64,000 nucleotides of DNA, taken from an uncultured Gammaproteobacteria bacterium. GTDB lineage: Bacteria; Patescibacteriota; Patescibacteriia; UBA1558; 2-01-FULL-52-15. Shown piece by piece: positions 50,938 to 60,885 of the stretch. The translations under genes and the position numbers were made by a program. Under the pieces are notes generated by a model. The model did no database searches. It was not told where the DNA came from and saw only the letters and a program-made list of their open reading frames with translations. The first letter of the stretch is position 1; each line of letters starts with the position of its first letter. The stretch lies in contig CAYOCJ010000002.1 in assembly GCA_964402565.1 (NCBI GenBank), positions 661-64,660 on the forward strand, read 5' to 3'.

Positions 50938-52188
50938 CTAACGCATCGCGTGTGCAATCCTCTCAATCGCGATCGCGAACGCCGCGGTCCGCAGATCAAC
51001 CTTTTCTACTTGAGCGCGTTCATAGATCGCCTCAAAGGCCGGGACAATATGTTTTCGCAATTCCTCCTGCACTTTCTCCTCAGTCCATTTCTCACCAGCT
51101 AAGTTCTGTTGCCATTCAAAACAAGAAACAATCACGCCGCCAGAATTAGCAAGTACATCGGGGATCACGACGATGCCTTTCTTGAACAATATTTGATCCG
51201 CTTCAGATGCTATCGGGCCATTAGCAAGTTCGAGTATATATCTTGCTCTAATATGATCAGCATTCTCGGCGGTGATCTGGTCTTCCAAAGCAGCTGGTAT
51301 CAAGATATCGACTTCGAGCTTCAATAGATCTTCCTGCGAGATATGCTTCAGGTCATTGAAATCTTGCACCGAGCCAGTCGCATCCTTATGCCCCGCAAGT
51401 TTCGGTATATCCAAGCCCTTCGGATCATAGATGCCACCCGATGAATCTGAAACTGCGACAACTTTGTAGCCCGCTTCACTCGCAAGCGCTGCCATATGCT
51501 TGCCTGCATTACCAAAACCCTGGATCGCTATCATTGCTCCTTGTGGAACATGCTGTTTTTGAGCGAATGCCTCAAGCACATAGTACCCCCCTTGCGCTGT
51601 CGAGTTACCGCGACCCAATGAGCCTCCAGTATCGATAGGTTTACCGGTGAATGTCGCGATGCCTTTCGGATCGCCGGTCAATCGTACATACTCATCTGCC
51701 ATCCATGCCATGATCTGCGGTGTGGTATAGACATCTGGCGCAGGCACATCGATCTGAGGTCCTAATACATGGTGAAAAGCCTTTACGAAGGCTCGTGCTA
51801 ATCTCTCTATTTCTCCTTCAGACAACTTTTTCGGATCAACGATGACGCCGCCTTTGCCTCCGCCCAAAGGAATATCTGCAACCGCGCATTTGATCGACAT
51901 CCAGAATCCAAGTGCTTTCACCTCGTTCAGATCAACGTTCGGATGAAAACGAATACCACCTTTATAGGGCCCACGCGCTGAATTATATTGCACCCGAAAT
52001 CCGGTGAATATTTTTTCTTCGCCAGAATCTAACGTCACTGGGATGGCAGCCTCGATATGTCGCTCTGGTTGCTGCAAGCGAGTAATAACTTTCTCATCGA
52101 CTTTCGCGATCTTTGCGGCGCGCGATAGCTGCTGCATGGCTGATTCAAAAGCGTTCATGGTTACACAGTAAATTCTTGATTGCTCCAC
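50938..52188 (-). CDS. Glutamate dehydrogenase (Glu/Leu/Phe/Val dehydrogenase family)
   Basis: DIPLGGGKGG, GFGNAGK Rossmann motif. Confidence 0.85.
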   Translation of the reverse strand: MEQSRIYCVTMNAFESAMQQLSRAAKIAKVDEKVITRLQQPERHIEAAIPVTLDSGEEKIFTGFRVQYNSARGPYKGGIRFHPNVDLNEVKALGFWMSIKCAVADIPLGGGKGGVIVDPKKLSEGEIERLARAFVKAFHHVLGPQIDVPAPDVYTTPQIMAWMADEYVRLTGDPKGIATFTGKPIDTGGSLGRGNSTAQGGYYVLEAFAQKQHVPQGAMIAIQGFGNAGKHMAALASEAGYKVVAVSDSSGGIYDPKGLDIPKLAGHKDATGSVQDFNDLKHISQEDLLKLEVDILIPAALEDQITAENADHIRARYILELANGPIASEADQILFKKGIVVIPDVLANSGGVIVSCFEWQQNLAGEKWTEEKVQEELRKHIVPAFEAIYERAQVEKVDLRTAAFAIAIERIAHAMR

Positions 52189-52796
52189 AAAGGCTTAAAG
52201 TCAATACCAGCCGGTTCAAGAAATTGTTTTGGCAAACGGTGATAGAGACCCGGTTCTTTCAGCGTTGCGTCGTGGACTGGAAAGCAAACTTTTGGCTTGA
52301 ATGTTTTTGCATAATCAATGGTGTTTCGCAGCGTACCCCATGGAGCCGTGACCGGTAACGCAAGCACAGGAGCTGAATTTTTCAATACATGATACGCATC
52401 TCCAGGATGATACAATGTTCCATCAAGCACATAGCCCGTATTGATCACCTCTGGAACTCCCTGATAAATGAATTCATGTTTACTACCATATGCTTCAATG
52501 GAAATATTTTTAAGAGTCATTGATCCGCCATCCTCGATTTGTTCAAATGGAATACCAAGCTCAGTGAGCAAAGCGCCAACCTCGTGATTTGTCACAAAAA
52601 TCGCATTGGGGTTTTTAATTCGAATTTGTTTAATCGAATCAACATCATAATGATCCGCATGAACATGCGTGATAATAACCGCATCAAGACCAGTCAGCTC
52701 GTTTTGCTCTTTACTGAAAACACCAGGGTCAAAAAGAAATCGAACACCCTTTGTCTCAACCACGATACAGCTGTGGCCTATTTTTTTAATGGTCAT
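52161..52796 (-). CDS. MBL-fold metal-dependent hydrolase
   Basis: VIITHVHADHYD. Confidence 0.65.
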   Translation of the reverse strand: MTIKKIGHSCIVVETKGVRFLFDPGVFSKEQNELTGLDAVIITHVHADHYDVDSIKQIRIKNPNAIFVTNHEVGALLTELGIPFEQIEDGGSMTLKNISIEAYGSKHEFIYQGVPEVINTGYVLDGTLYHPGDAYHVLKNSAPVLALPVTAPWGTLRNTIDYAKTFKPKVCFPVHDATLKEPGLYHRLPKQFLEPAGIDFKPLWSNQEFTV

Positions 52797-52800
52797 AGTA

Positions 52801-53523
52801 TTACTTCATCAATGTCGGCGCGTAGAATTTCCATCGATCGATACGAATCCTGTCTTCAGTCACGCCTTTTTCTTTCAAAATCTTTTCTGCAGCATCGATA
52901 AATGGCGGCGGTCCGCAAATATAAAATACTTGTTGGTAATCTTTGCCGGCAAACTCTTCGTCGAATAAAAACTCGCTCACAAGTCCCCTATGTACTTTCA
53001 GTTCAGGCGGCGCTTCAGTATAAAGAATGGTTGTCGTAAATTGCGGATACTGCTTTGGTAATTCCTCTAGTTCTTTTTGGTAGATAATCTCTTTTTCATT
53101 CAACACACTGAAGAGCAAATGCACGGCATTCTTCATTCCTTTGGTGAGCACGTGATCATAAATCGCCCGAAGAACTGAAATCCCAGTGCCGCCAGCAATT
53201 AACACAATATCTCTCGTATCAGTATCATCGAAAATAAATTTCCCAAATGGCCCCGATACCTGCACTGTATCTCCTGACTTCAGTGCCGGGACACAGGAGG
53301 AAACCATACCTTCAGGCATGATGCGGAACGTAAACATCATTTCGCGGATAGCGTCGCCACCGGCATTAGCCATAGAAAATAGCCTGCCGCCTTTTTTATC
53401 AGGCAGCATCGCTTCCCAGCGCATACACTGCCCCGTTTTGATGGATACCGGTTGCTCTAGCTCGATAACCACACTATACACTCGTGGCGTTTCTTGAATT
53501 ACTTTTTTAACTGTTGCTTTCAT
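52801..53523 (-). CDS. FAD/NAD(P)-binding oxidoreductase (ferredoxin-NADP-reductase-like module)
   Basis: GRLFSM (RxYS-type FAD site), IAGGTGISV (NAD site). No Fe-S cysteine tail. Confidence 0.6.
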   Translation of the reverse strand: MKATVKKVIQETPRVYSVVIELEQPVSIKTGQCMRWEAMLPDKKGGRLFSMANAGGDAIREMMFTFRIMPEGMVSSCVPALKSGDTVQVSGPFGKFIFDDTDTRDIVLIAGGTGISVLRAIYDHVLTKGMKNAVHLLFSVLNEKEIIYQKELEELPKQYPQFTTTILYTEAPPELKVHRGLVSEFLFDEEFAGKDYQQVFYICGPPPFIDAAEKILKEKGVTEDRIRIDRWKFYAPTLMK

Positions 53524-53690
53524 ATACTGTCTTGGTCATTCTGGTCATGAGCTTACATGAAGGTAAAGAGTCTCAAGTCTGCTTGCCTTCGGGGCACACG
53601 TCTCAAGCCCCGGCGCTCCGCGAGCGGCTTTCAACGTTTGCCCCTCGGCACTCATTCAACGTTAGAACAGTACGGATTACGGCGCCTCGA

Positions 53691-54617
53691 TTACTGTACA
53701 TTTGCATGCGTTTCACCCATGCCTTGTATCCAATGATAGACACTTTGTGCCGCGATAGAGCCTTCTGCTGCGGAGGTAATAAACTGCTTCAATTCTGTTG
53801 CGTTGGTTATGTCTCCTGCTGCATAGACGCCGGCAAGATTCGTCGCCTGCTTACGATCAACGATAATATACCCATGATCATTCGTCGCAACGCCGAGTTT
53901 TTTCGCAAGTTCAGACAATGGTAAATGCCCGATCTCAATAAATAGTCCGTCAAGATTTATCACACGACCAGTATCGAGCTTCAATTGCTTCACATGGTTG
54001 CCATCGCCGATAATCTCGACAATATTCGCCCTAGGAATTAATTCTACTTTTTCATGTTTCGAAACTTTCTCGACTGAAATAGGCTCAGCAGTCATCGTGT
54101 CTTTACGAAAAATGGTATAGAGCTTCGAGCCGTATTCCGCGAGAAACAGTGTCCCAAGCGCCGCGGAATCAGAACCTCCGGCAACCGCTAACACTTTATT
54201 TTTATACAAAGGCCCATCGCAAGTATAACAATAGTGCACTCCTCTGCCCGCATACTCTTCTTCACCAGGCACACCCAATTTTTTATGTTGCATACCATTG
54301 GCAAAAAGTATTGCCTTAGCTTCGTGACGTGCTCCATCCTCAAGAACCACTGCGTAACCGCCAGATGTTTTTTCAACAGACATAATCGTCGACTGAATCA
54401 TCGGTACTTGATACTGCTCGACATGCTTGATAAATTTCTGCATCAAATCATAGCCGCCGACACCTGGATCGCCGATCCAATTGTCGACTAGGTGCGCGAT
54501 GTTGCCTGTGCCACCAAATTCTTTCGCGATGATGGACACACTTAATTTAAAACGTGCGGCATATAACCCTGCGCCAAGGCCTGCTGCTCCGCCCCCTATG
54601 ATTATTAAATCCTGCAT
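53691..54617 (-). CDS. trxB: Thioredoxin-disulfide reductase
   Basis: IIIGGGAAGLGAG...CYTCDG redox-active disulfide...GDITN. Confidence 0.8.
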   Translation of the reverse strand: MQDLIIIGGGAAGLGAGLYAARFKLSVSIIAKEFGGTGNIAHLVDNWIGDPGVGGYDLMQKFIKHVEQYQVPMIQSTIMSVEKTSGGYAVVLEDGARHEAKAILFANGMQHKKLGVPGEEEYAGRGVHYCYTCDGPLYKNKVLAVAGGSDSAALGTLFLAEYGSKLYTIFRKDTMTAEPISVEKVSKHEKVELIPRANIVEIIGDGNHVKQLKLDTGRVINLDGLFIEIGHLPLSELAKKLGVATNDHGYIIVDRKQATNLAGVYAAGDITNATELKQFITSAAEGSIAAQSVYHWIQGMGETHANVQ

Positions 54618-54727
54618 TACTTTGTTACTTACAGATTAACTTTCTGCCCGATGAGAAGGTTACAGGCGCCGCGTCCGAACGAAGTGAGTGATGCAGGGCG
54701 CCGATGATGATGAGATCGTACATATGA

Positions 54728-55057
54728 CTAGACTCCGACCTGACGATTCAGCTTACTTAAAATAGAAGCCTTCGATTGCAATCCGATTGCCTGATCAACT
54801 GGTTTACCATCTTTGAAAATAATGATCGTAGGAATGCTGAACACCTGAAACTGCTGTGAAAGATTCGGATTCTCATCCACATTGGTCTTGCCAATCTTCA
54901 CCTGTGGCTTGCCAGCGAATTCTTTCGCAATATCTTCAACAATCGGTCCCTGCATCTTACAGGGGCCACACCATGGCGCCCAAAAATCTATCAACACAAC
55001 CCCTTTAGACTGCTCTACTTCGGTTGCAAAATTACTATCAGTAAATTCGACGGCCAT
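54728..55057 (-). CDS. trxA: Thioredoxin
   Basis: WAPWCGPCKM. Confidence 0.9.
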   Translation of the reverse strand: MAVEFTDSNFATEVEQSKGVVLIDFWAPWCGPCKMQGPIVEDIAKEFAGKPQVKIGKTNVDENPNLSQQFQVFSIPTIIIFKDGKPVDQAIGLQSKASILSKLNRQVGV

Positions 55058-55118
55058 ATATTTGAAAAGTTAATTAATAGGTTTCAATTATAGTTAAGCT
55101 CTATCTCTATGGCAAGTT

Positions 55119-55367
55119 CTAAGAGATCTTAAACAAAGTATCAACCAATTGAGCAACAGGCGCCGATGACTGATCTGACGGCAGACAACCTTTCACCTCT
55201 GCCTCAACTACTAGTTTTGCTAAAGATGAGAGTGATGAACGTACGGCAACGATCTGCTGAACTATGTCCTGGGCAGTTCGTTTATCATCATACATAGTCT
55301 CAAGGGCGGCAATTTGCCCAGCTATTCTATGTGTTCTGTCTAAAAACTGTTTATTATCACATTTCAT
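55119..55367 (-). CDS. CsoR/RcnR-family metal-sensing transcriptional repressor
   Basis: HRIAGQIAALETM...VRSSLSSLAKLVVE with candidate ligand Cys/His positions. Confidence 0.6.
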   Translation of the reverse strand: MKCDNKQFLDRTHRIAGQIAALETMYDDKRTAQDIVQQIVAVRSSLSSLAKLVVEAEVKGCLPSDQSSAPVAQLVDTLFKIS

Positions 55368-55430
55368 ATACTATATACCAGTATAGAGTATATAGATCAA
55401 TAAGTCAAATGATCCTACTATTTATAGCTA

Positions 55431-55459
55431 TTGACAAATACTTTATTAAATGTTAATAT
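55431..55459 (+). promoter_or_regulatory. Sigma-70 promoter (TTGACA-17-TAATAT)
   Basis: Read directly. Upstream of the small membrane ORF at 55513. Confidence 0.45.
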
Positions 55460-55512
55460 TATATATTAAGCTCTTCAAACTGCAGTTAACCCTCCTCTTA
55501 GGAGTCTAAGTC

Positions 55513-55827
55513 ATGCCCGAAAAGAAGAAGGCTTCTTTGTTCAGAAAGGTGGTGATGGGCTTTATCGTCTTCTCGTTTCTGCTCATCGCTTACCCGGCCT
55601 TGCTCATCATTCTTGCGAAAGGCCCCTCAGCCCTTCTGCAGAAGTACGGGTCGCATCAGCCCCTTTCCCCGCAGGCAGTCGGAGTCATCTTCGGCGCCCT
55701 GCCGAGCATGACGATCATCCTAGGCTTCTTTGCCATGGTACTCCTCGCTGTTTTCTGGGACCTGGCAAAGGCCTTCGTCGTCCTCTGCTACCGAATGGTG
55801 GTCCCGAAAGAAAACGGCGAACAATGA
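55513..55827 (+). CDS. Small membrane protein, hypothetical
   Basis: 104 aa, three hydrophobic segments, GGAG Shine-Dalgarno upstream. Confidence 0.4.
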   Translation: MPEKKKASLFRKVVMGFIVFSFLLIAYPALLIILAKGPSALLQKYGSHQPLSPQAVGVIFGALPSMTIILGFFAMVLLAVFWDLAKAFVVLCYRMVVPKENGEQ

Positions 55828-55934
55828 GAACTAGGCAAGAACACTGAAAGCCCGAAACGCATCAGCGGATCGGGCTTTCAAACTATATAGCATGTTCCGC
55901 GAGGAACTTTTTTTTAATATATCCAAAGTATAGC

Positions 55935-56009
55935 TGGTGCCCCTGGAGGGAATTGAACCCCCATCTCATCCTTAGGACGGATTTGCTCTATCCGTTGAGC
56001 TACAAGGGC
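55935..56009 (-). tRNA. tRNA-Arg (anticodon CCU), CCA encoded
   Basis: Acceptor gcccttg/caggggc, D-arm gctc-aacggata-gagc, anticodon loop gtCCTaa, T-loop TTCAATT. Confidence 0.7.
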
Positions 56010-56197
56010 TTATGTTTTTGTTCCTTGTGGAACATTCCAAAGGATTTATTAAAATTAAATATAGATATTTATTTTATATTAGCTAATTAAATGCGTCATA
56101 AAATAAATCATACCTACATACATTGACCCTGAGTCAACTAAAAAGCATTACAATAGTATATGAGGGCTATTTTTTTGTCTATCTAAAGGAATTAGTT

Positions 56198-56226
56198 TTG
56201 ACATTTACCTAGAAACTAACTACTAT
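56198..56226 (+). promoter_or_regulatory. Sigma-70 promoter (TTGACA-17-TACTAT) for the bactofilin-DAGK operon
   Basis: Read directly. 35 nt upstream of the ATG at 56262. Confidence 0.45.
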
Positions 56227-56261
56227 TCAAGCGTTAAAACTTAATGTTAACCTGAAAAACT

Positions 56262-56693
56262 ATGGCTATGTTTAGCAATAATCCACGGGAGGGCTCGCAG
56301 GGCGCTGCTACAGAAACATTTATAGGACCTTCGGTAAAAATGGAAGGTAATTTCTCTGGTGATGGCGATGTTGTTATTGAGGGTATTTTAGTCGGGACTT
56401 TAGCCACAAAAGGGGATGTTCGTATTGGTCAACAGGCTCTTATTGAGGCTGAGATTAGGGCAAAAAATGCTCAAATCGCAGGAAAGGTGAAGGGAAATTT
56501 GAATATATCTGGATTACTCAAGCTCGCGGGAACAGCTGTTATTCAGGGCGATGTCAAAACTCAGGCAATAGGAATAGAAGAGGGCGCAGTCCTGAATGGT
56601 AAGGTCAATATGAGCAAAGAAAAGATGGCTAAAGAAGGTACCGCGGCTGAGCGCCCGTCCACAGAAGAGCATACTGAGAAGAGCAAGGCTTAA
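56262..56693 (+). CDS. Bactofilin (DUF583) cytoskeletal protein
   Basis: Repetitive beta-helix pattern G-x-V-x-I-x-G / GKVKGNLNISG. Confidence 0.7.
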   Translation: MAMFSNNPREGSQGAATETFIGPSVKMEGNFSGDGDVVIEGILVGTLATKGDVRIGQQALIEAEIRAKNAQIAGKVKGNLNISGLLKLAGTAVIQGDVKTQAIGIEEGAVLNGKVNMSKEKMAKEGTAAERPSTEEHTEKSKA

Positions 56694-56700
56694 TTACTGA

Positions 56701-57483
56701 TTGCTGCTCTCTGCGGCAGCTCTTCTTCTACCTGCTATGTATCTCTACATCTATGACTCATTGCTGAGTCATCAAAAATACAGCTCATTCCTCACGAATG
56801 TCGAGCGTCGTTGTACTGATCTTGGTATCAATGGAAAAATAGTTCGACTGACCATTTTGAAGAATATCAAAGAAGTGGTGACCGATGCTGTGAAGCGAGG
56901 CGTTACGACGATTGTTGCGGTTGGCGATGATCAAACGTTTGCAAAAATTATCAATACCATAGCGCCGCTCGATGTAACACTCGGACTCATTCCTTCAGAC
57001 AATTCGAGTCGGATCGCTCGCGTCTTGGGTATTCCCCCAAAAGAATTGGCCTGCGACGTAATCGCGGGACGCATCGTGAAAAAACTCGATCTGGGAAGAA
57101 TCAACAATTATTATTTCTTGAATGCCGCGGAAATAACAAATGCGAAGGTTCAGATAACATGCAATGGTTATTCGCTGGCGCCTCTCACCGAGTTAAACAC
57201 GGTTCGTATCTGCAATGTAGGCTCCTATGGCGGTCCGATCCGTTCAAACCCAATGGATGGCAGACTAGAAGCTATTATCACCCCGATACAGGGCGGCTGG
57301 CTTTCAAAAAAAGAATTGCAACCAACCGTGTTGCCTTTCACGAAGATACGCATCCAGGCAACAGGGGAGGATGTTGTATCCATCCTTACTGACGAGCAGA
57401 TCATATTAAAAACACCTGCTGATGTAGAAATAGCGCCTGGGAAACTCAAGGTTATCGTCGGGACGAATAGAATGTTTGAATAA
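56701..57483 (+). CDS. DAGK-catalytic-domain lipid kinase (YegS/BmrU-like), divergent
   Basis: TTIVAVGDDQTF where GGDGT is expected. LGLIPSDNSSRIARVLGIP. Confidence 0.5.
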   Translation: MLLSAAALLLPAMYLYIYDSLLSHQKYSSFLTNVERRCTDLGINGKIVRLTILKNIKEVVTDAVKRGVTTIVAVGDDQTFAKIINTIAPLDVTLGLIPSDNSSRIARVLGIPPKELACDVIAGRIVKKLDLGRINNYYFLNAAEITNAKVQITCNGYSLAPLTELNTVRICNVGSYGGPIRSNPMDGRLEAIITPIQGGWLSKKELQPTVLPFTKIRIQATGEDVVSILTDEQIILKTPADVEIAPGKLKVIVGTNRMFE

Positions 57484-57516
57484 ATAGTCCCATCTCATGA
57501 AAACAGAGTAGCCGAA

Positions 57517-57545
57517 ACCGCCCTCCTGCAGTGCAGGAGGGCGGT
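57517..57545. terminator. Strong palindromic hairpin between convergent genes
   Basis: accgccctcctgca-g-tgcaggagggcggt. Confidence 0.45.
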
Positions 57546-57573
57546 GTATATACATACTCACTGTTAGCACCCA

Positions 57574-58263
57574 CTAAGCGGTTTTTTTCCTGAACATCCA
57601 CATCTGCTGGAGTACTGAGAAAAAAGTAGTCGAGAACCAATAGAGTGCCAGGCCGGCCGGAAAACGAGATCCAATAATAACAGTCATTACCGGCATCATA
57701 TAGAGCATCTGGGAATTCATGGCTGAAGTCATGGAACCGGCCTTTTTATTCTTGGCCATAAGCATTTTCGTCTGCCAGAATTGGGCGAGCCCTGCCATGA
57801 GCGCGAGTATAAGATTCGGCTTCAAAAGATCAAGGAAGCCAAAAGCGAAGGTGCTCAAAGAGCCTGGACTCGCTATACCCGGGTACAGCAGTTCGAAGCT
57901 TTGATTCTTGAGACCATGTATAAACACCTGATAGACAGCGATGAGTATCGGTAGCTGTATCAAGAGCGGCAAACAGGAAGAAAAAGGATTTATTTTCTCT
58001 TGCTTATACAACTGCATCATCTCCGTACCAAGCTTTTCGCGATCATCCTTATACCTCTCTTTCAACTCTTCAACTTTCGGCTGTATGGTCTGCAGCGCTT
58101 TCTGGGATATGATGGCGCGCCGGTTCAGTGGATACAGCACCAACTTGATGATCAGCGTCAGCACGATGATAGTAACACCCAGGTCATGACCTGGGATGGT
58201 GTTATACAAAAAGATCAATAGGTTAAAAAGTGGCTTGTATAATACTTCGGTATAAATAAACAT
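57574..58263 (-). CDS. yidC: Membrane protein insertase YidC (short form)
   Basis: LGVTIIVLTLIIKLVLYPL...LPLLIQLPILIAVY. Confidence 0.85.
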   Translation of the reverse strand: MFIYTEVLYKPLFNLLIFLYNTIPGHDLGVTIIVLTLIIKLVLYPLNRRAIISQKALQTIQPKVEELKERYKDDREKLGTEMMQLYKQEKINPFSSCLPLLIQLPILIAVYQVFIHGLKNQSFELLYPGIASPGSLSTFAFGFLDLLKPNLILALMAGLAQFWQTKMLMAKNKKAGSMTSAMNSQMLYMMPVMTVIIGSRFPAGLALYWFSTTFFSVLQQMWMFRKKTA

Positions 58264-58272
58264 ACTGTGGTG

Positions 58273-58536
58273 TTAGGTTATAGGGTCAATGCCGCCTGTA
58301 TTCCAGGGATTACAGCGAATAATACGGTAGACGCCCTTCAGACTGCCTCGTACTATACCATACCGTTCGATAGCTTGGTATGTATATTCTGAGCAGGTTG
58401 GATGAAAACGGCAATAACCATGTGGGAAAAGGGCCGCAACTATGCCTGTATCCGGAGATACCGTCCTCTGATAGAGCCGTATCAGCTGCAGAACAGCTCT
58501 GCGTGGAAGTAGGAGCACGCTAGTACTTATAGCCAT
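58273..58536 (-). CDS. yidD: Membrane protein insertion efficiency factor YidD
   Basis: CRFHPTCSEY. Confidence 0.85.
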   Translation of the reverse strand: MAISTSVLLLPRRAVLQLIRLYQRTVSPDTGIVAALFPHGYCRFHPTCSEYTYQAIERYGIVRGSLKGVYRIIRCNPWNTGGIDPIT

Positions 58537-58877
58537 AGGCGAGACTTTGTGAGTAAGGCTTCGACTTCTTGTTTCAAAGCTTGAAAATCAAGCTGCCGTG
58601 CCTGGGGACGCGCAATGATCAAGACTTCAAGGCCTGTTTTTAATTGAGGAAGTTCTGCCCGGATAATTTCTCGAAGCCTTCTGCGCAATAAGTTGCGCTC
58701 AACTGCCTTCTTGCTCACCTTTGTGGAGACTACGAAGGCAAAACGGGTTGGCAGTGAGCGATCTGTTCCTTGTGGAGCAATGCGAAAGGTCAATGAAGTA
58801 CCAAAAAAAGGTTGCCCAATGCGCGCAAGCCTCTTAAATACCGGATCACCGCGCAAACGATGAGCACGGGAAAGCAT
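58527..58877 (-). CDS. rnpA: Ribonuclease P protein component
   Basis: FAFVVSTKVSKKAVERNLLRRRLRE. Confidence 0.85.
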   Translation of the reverse strand: MLSRAHRLRGDPVFKRLARIGQPFFGTSLTFRIAPQGTDRSLPTRFAFVVSTKVSKKAVERNLLRRRLREIIRAELPQLKTGLEVLIIARPQARQLDFQALKQEVEALLTKSRLWL

Positions 58878-58883
58878 ACAGAC

Positions 58884-59024
58884 TTAGACTGTTAGTTTTT
58901 TTCGTCCCTTGGCTTTTCTGCGACGAATAACCTTGCGGCCACCGGCGGTCGCCATACGAGCCCTAAATCCATGCGCTCGCACACGCTTTCGTTTTTTCGG
59001 TTGATAGGTTCGTTTTGTTGCCAT
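58884..59024 (-). CDS. rpmH: 50S ribosomal protein L34
   Basis: Hand translation: [46 protein letters not shown]. Below the track cut-off. Confidence 0.9.
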   Translation of the reverse strand: MATKRTYQPKKRKRVRAHGFRARMATAGGRKVIRRRKAKGRKKLTV

Positions 59025-59169
59025 AGATACTAGAAAAAAGTATCACATATACCTTGCTTTGTAAATGCATAGGTCGCGGAGTGTACTAGTACAATGATTT
59101 TTGAGCAGCATTGCCACAAGTAGAGGGCTGGACAGAATAAAAAATATGAGGTACTACGACATACACAGA

Positions 59170-59178
59170 TTATCAACA
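59170..59178. promoter_or_regulatory. DnaA-box-like 9-mer TTATCAACA in the rpmH/dnaA divergent intergenic region
   Basis: 8/9 match to TTATCCACA. Confidence 0.35.
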
Positions 59179-59259
59179 GTATGTGCACGATAAGGGCGTT
59201 TCTGTGAATATCCTTTTGTGCTATTCTAGGACCTATCAAAAGCTTGTATACAAAAACCC

Positions 59260-60636
59260 ATGGATACTAATCAACTCTGGCACGCTGTTCTCGGTGAGCT
59301 CGAGATATTGATAAGCAAGGTCAACTTCACGACCTGGTTCAAGAACACTTTTATAATCGAACATGGTCCGCGTGAAACAGTGATCGGGGTGCCCAACGCT
59401 TTTACCAAGGCTTGGTTGGAAAAAAAATATAATGACCAGATAGCGACTGCCATAGGGAATATCACTGGTGAGAAAAATTTGACTATTTCGTATCGCGTCT
59501 CCGCAAAACAAGAGGGTGAGAAACCATCACCGAGCTCAGGACAAAAAACAGCTAAACACACTCCATCTGCTGAGGCACCTTTCCCGCTTGATCGCTCTGA
59601 TTCTGAGAATGGGAAGCTTGGTTTGAACCAAAAATATACCTTCGATACCTTTATCGTTGGCTCTGGTAATGAGCTGGCCCATGCGGCAGCAAAGGCTGTT
59701 GTCACAAGGCCGGGGGAAATTTATAACCCGCTCTTTATCTATGGCGGCGTTGGCCTCGGCAAGACGCACTTAATCCAGGCTGTCGGGAATCATTTTGCAA
59801 GTACGAACCCAAAGCTAAAGGTGCTCTACGTAAATAGCGAGCGGTTCACGAATGATTTCGTAAGCGCCATCAAACAAGGAACGACTGAGAAATTTAAGAA
59901 GACCTACCGATCGGTCGATGTATTATTGATTGATGATATACAATTCATCGCCGGCAAAGAACAGACCCAAGAGGAATTTTTCCACACTTTCAACGCCCTG
60001 CACCAAACAAACAAGCAGATCGTTCTGAGTTCAGATAGGCCTCCAAAATCAATACCTTCTATTGAAAACCGGCTTGTTTCAAGATTTGAGTGGGGGATGA
60101 TAGCTGATATCAGCGCGCCCGACCTTGAGACTCGCATCGCTATTCTTGAATCAAAGTGCCAAGAACGAGGTCTCTTATTAGACCCTGATATCATTAGGTC
60201 GATCGCTGAAACCGTTTCTGAAAATATTCGTGAGCTTGAGGGCGCTTTAAATAGAATCGTGGCCTACCATCAACTTTCTAATTCAACGCCAACAAAAGAA
60301 TCCACCAAAACACTCTTGGTTTCCACGAGCTCAAAGCCTCAAAAAGGCGGTCTGACCAGTAAAAAGCTCATTCAGCTGGTCGCCGACTTCTTTGACATAT
60401 CACTGAAAGATCTGGCCGGGCCGGTTAGAAGAAAAGAGCTGGTCATACCTCGACAGATCACGATGTATTTATTGCGCGAAGAAATGTCCTGTTCATATCC
60501 GCATATTGGCCAGCAGCTTGGTGGCAGGGATCACACAACCGCCATGCACGCTTGCGGTAAGATAGAAGAGTATTTGAATTCGAATGAAAAAATTAGGAAT
60601 GATGTGGCCCTGCTGCGTCAAAAAATGTATGAGTAA
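59260..60636 (+). CDS. dnaA: Chromosomal replication initiator DnaA
   Basis: GGVGLGKTHL Walker A. C-terminal DNA-binding signature ...ITMYLLREEM...GGRDHTTAMHA. Confidence 0.9.
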   Translation: MDTNQLWHAVLGELEILISKVNFTTWFKNTFIIEHGPRETVIGVPNAFTKAWLEKKYNDQIATAIGNITGEKNLTISYRVSAKQEGEKPSPSSGQKTAKHTPSAEAPFPLDRSDSENGKLGLNQKYTFDTFIVGSGNELAHAAAKAVVTRPGEIYNPLFIYGGVGLGKTHLIQAVGNHFASTNPKLKVLYVNSERFTNDFVSAIKQGTTEKFKKTYRSVDVLLIDDIQFIAGKEQTQEEFFHTFNALHQTNKQIVLSSDRPPKSIPSIENRLVSRFEWGMIADISAPDLETRIAILESKCQERGLLLDPDIIRSIAETVSENIRELEGALNRIVAYHQLSNSTPTKESTKTLLVSTSSKPQKGGLTSKKLIQLVADFFDISLKDLAGPVRRKELVIPRQITMYLLREEMSCSYPHIGQQLGGRDHTTAMHACGKIEEYLNSNEKIRNDVALLRQKMYE

Positions 60637-60718
60637 AAAATGTGTTTAACTGTTTCTCATATTCTGAATATCTAAACCTTATACACAAAAACAAAAAACT
60701 TACTTTTTTCTTCACCCA

Positions 60719-60866
60719 AACATCCACAACAACATACCCAGCCTCATCCAAAATTTGTACACACACAGCACCTCATTTTTTACTACATAATCAAGCCAAA
60801 ACCCACCCCCCAACACTTACCCACCTATCCACACACCCTATTATTATAACTATCAATAGTATATAA
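60719..60866. promoter_or_regulatory. Candidate oriC segment in the dnaA-dnaN spacer: DnaA boxes plus AT-rich element
   Basis: aCATCCACA (60719-60727), cTATCCACA (60825-60833), then the AT-rich run ttattataactatcaatagtatataaaa. Confidence 0.4.
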
Positions 60867-60885
60867 AACCCCTAATAAGAGTTGT

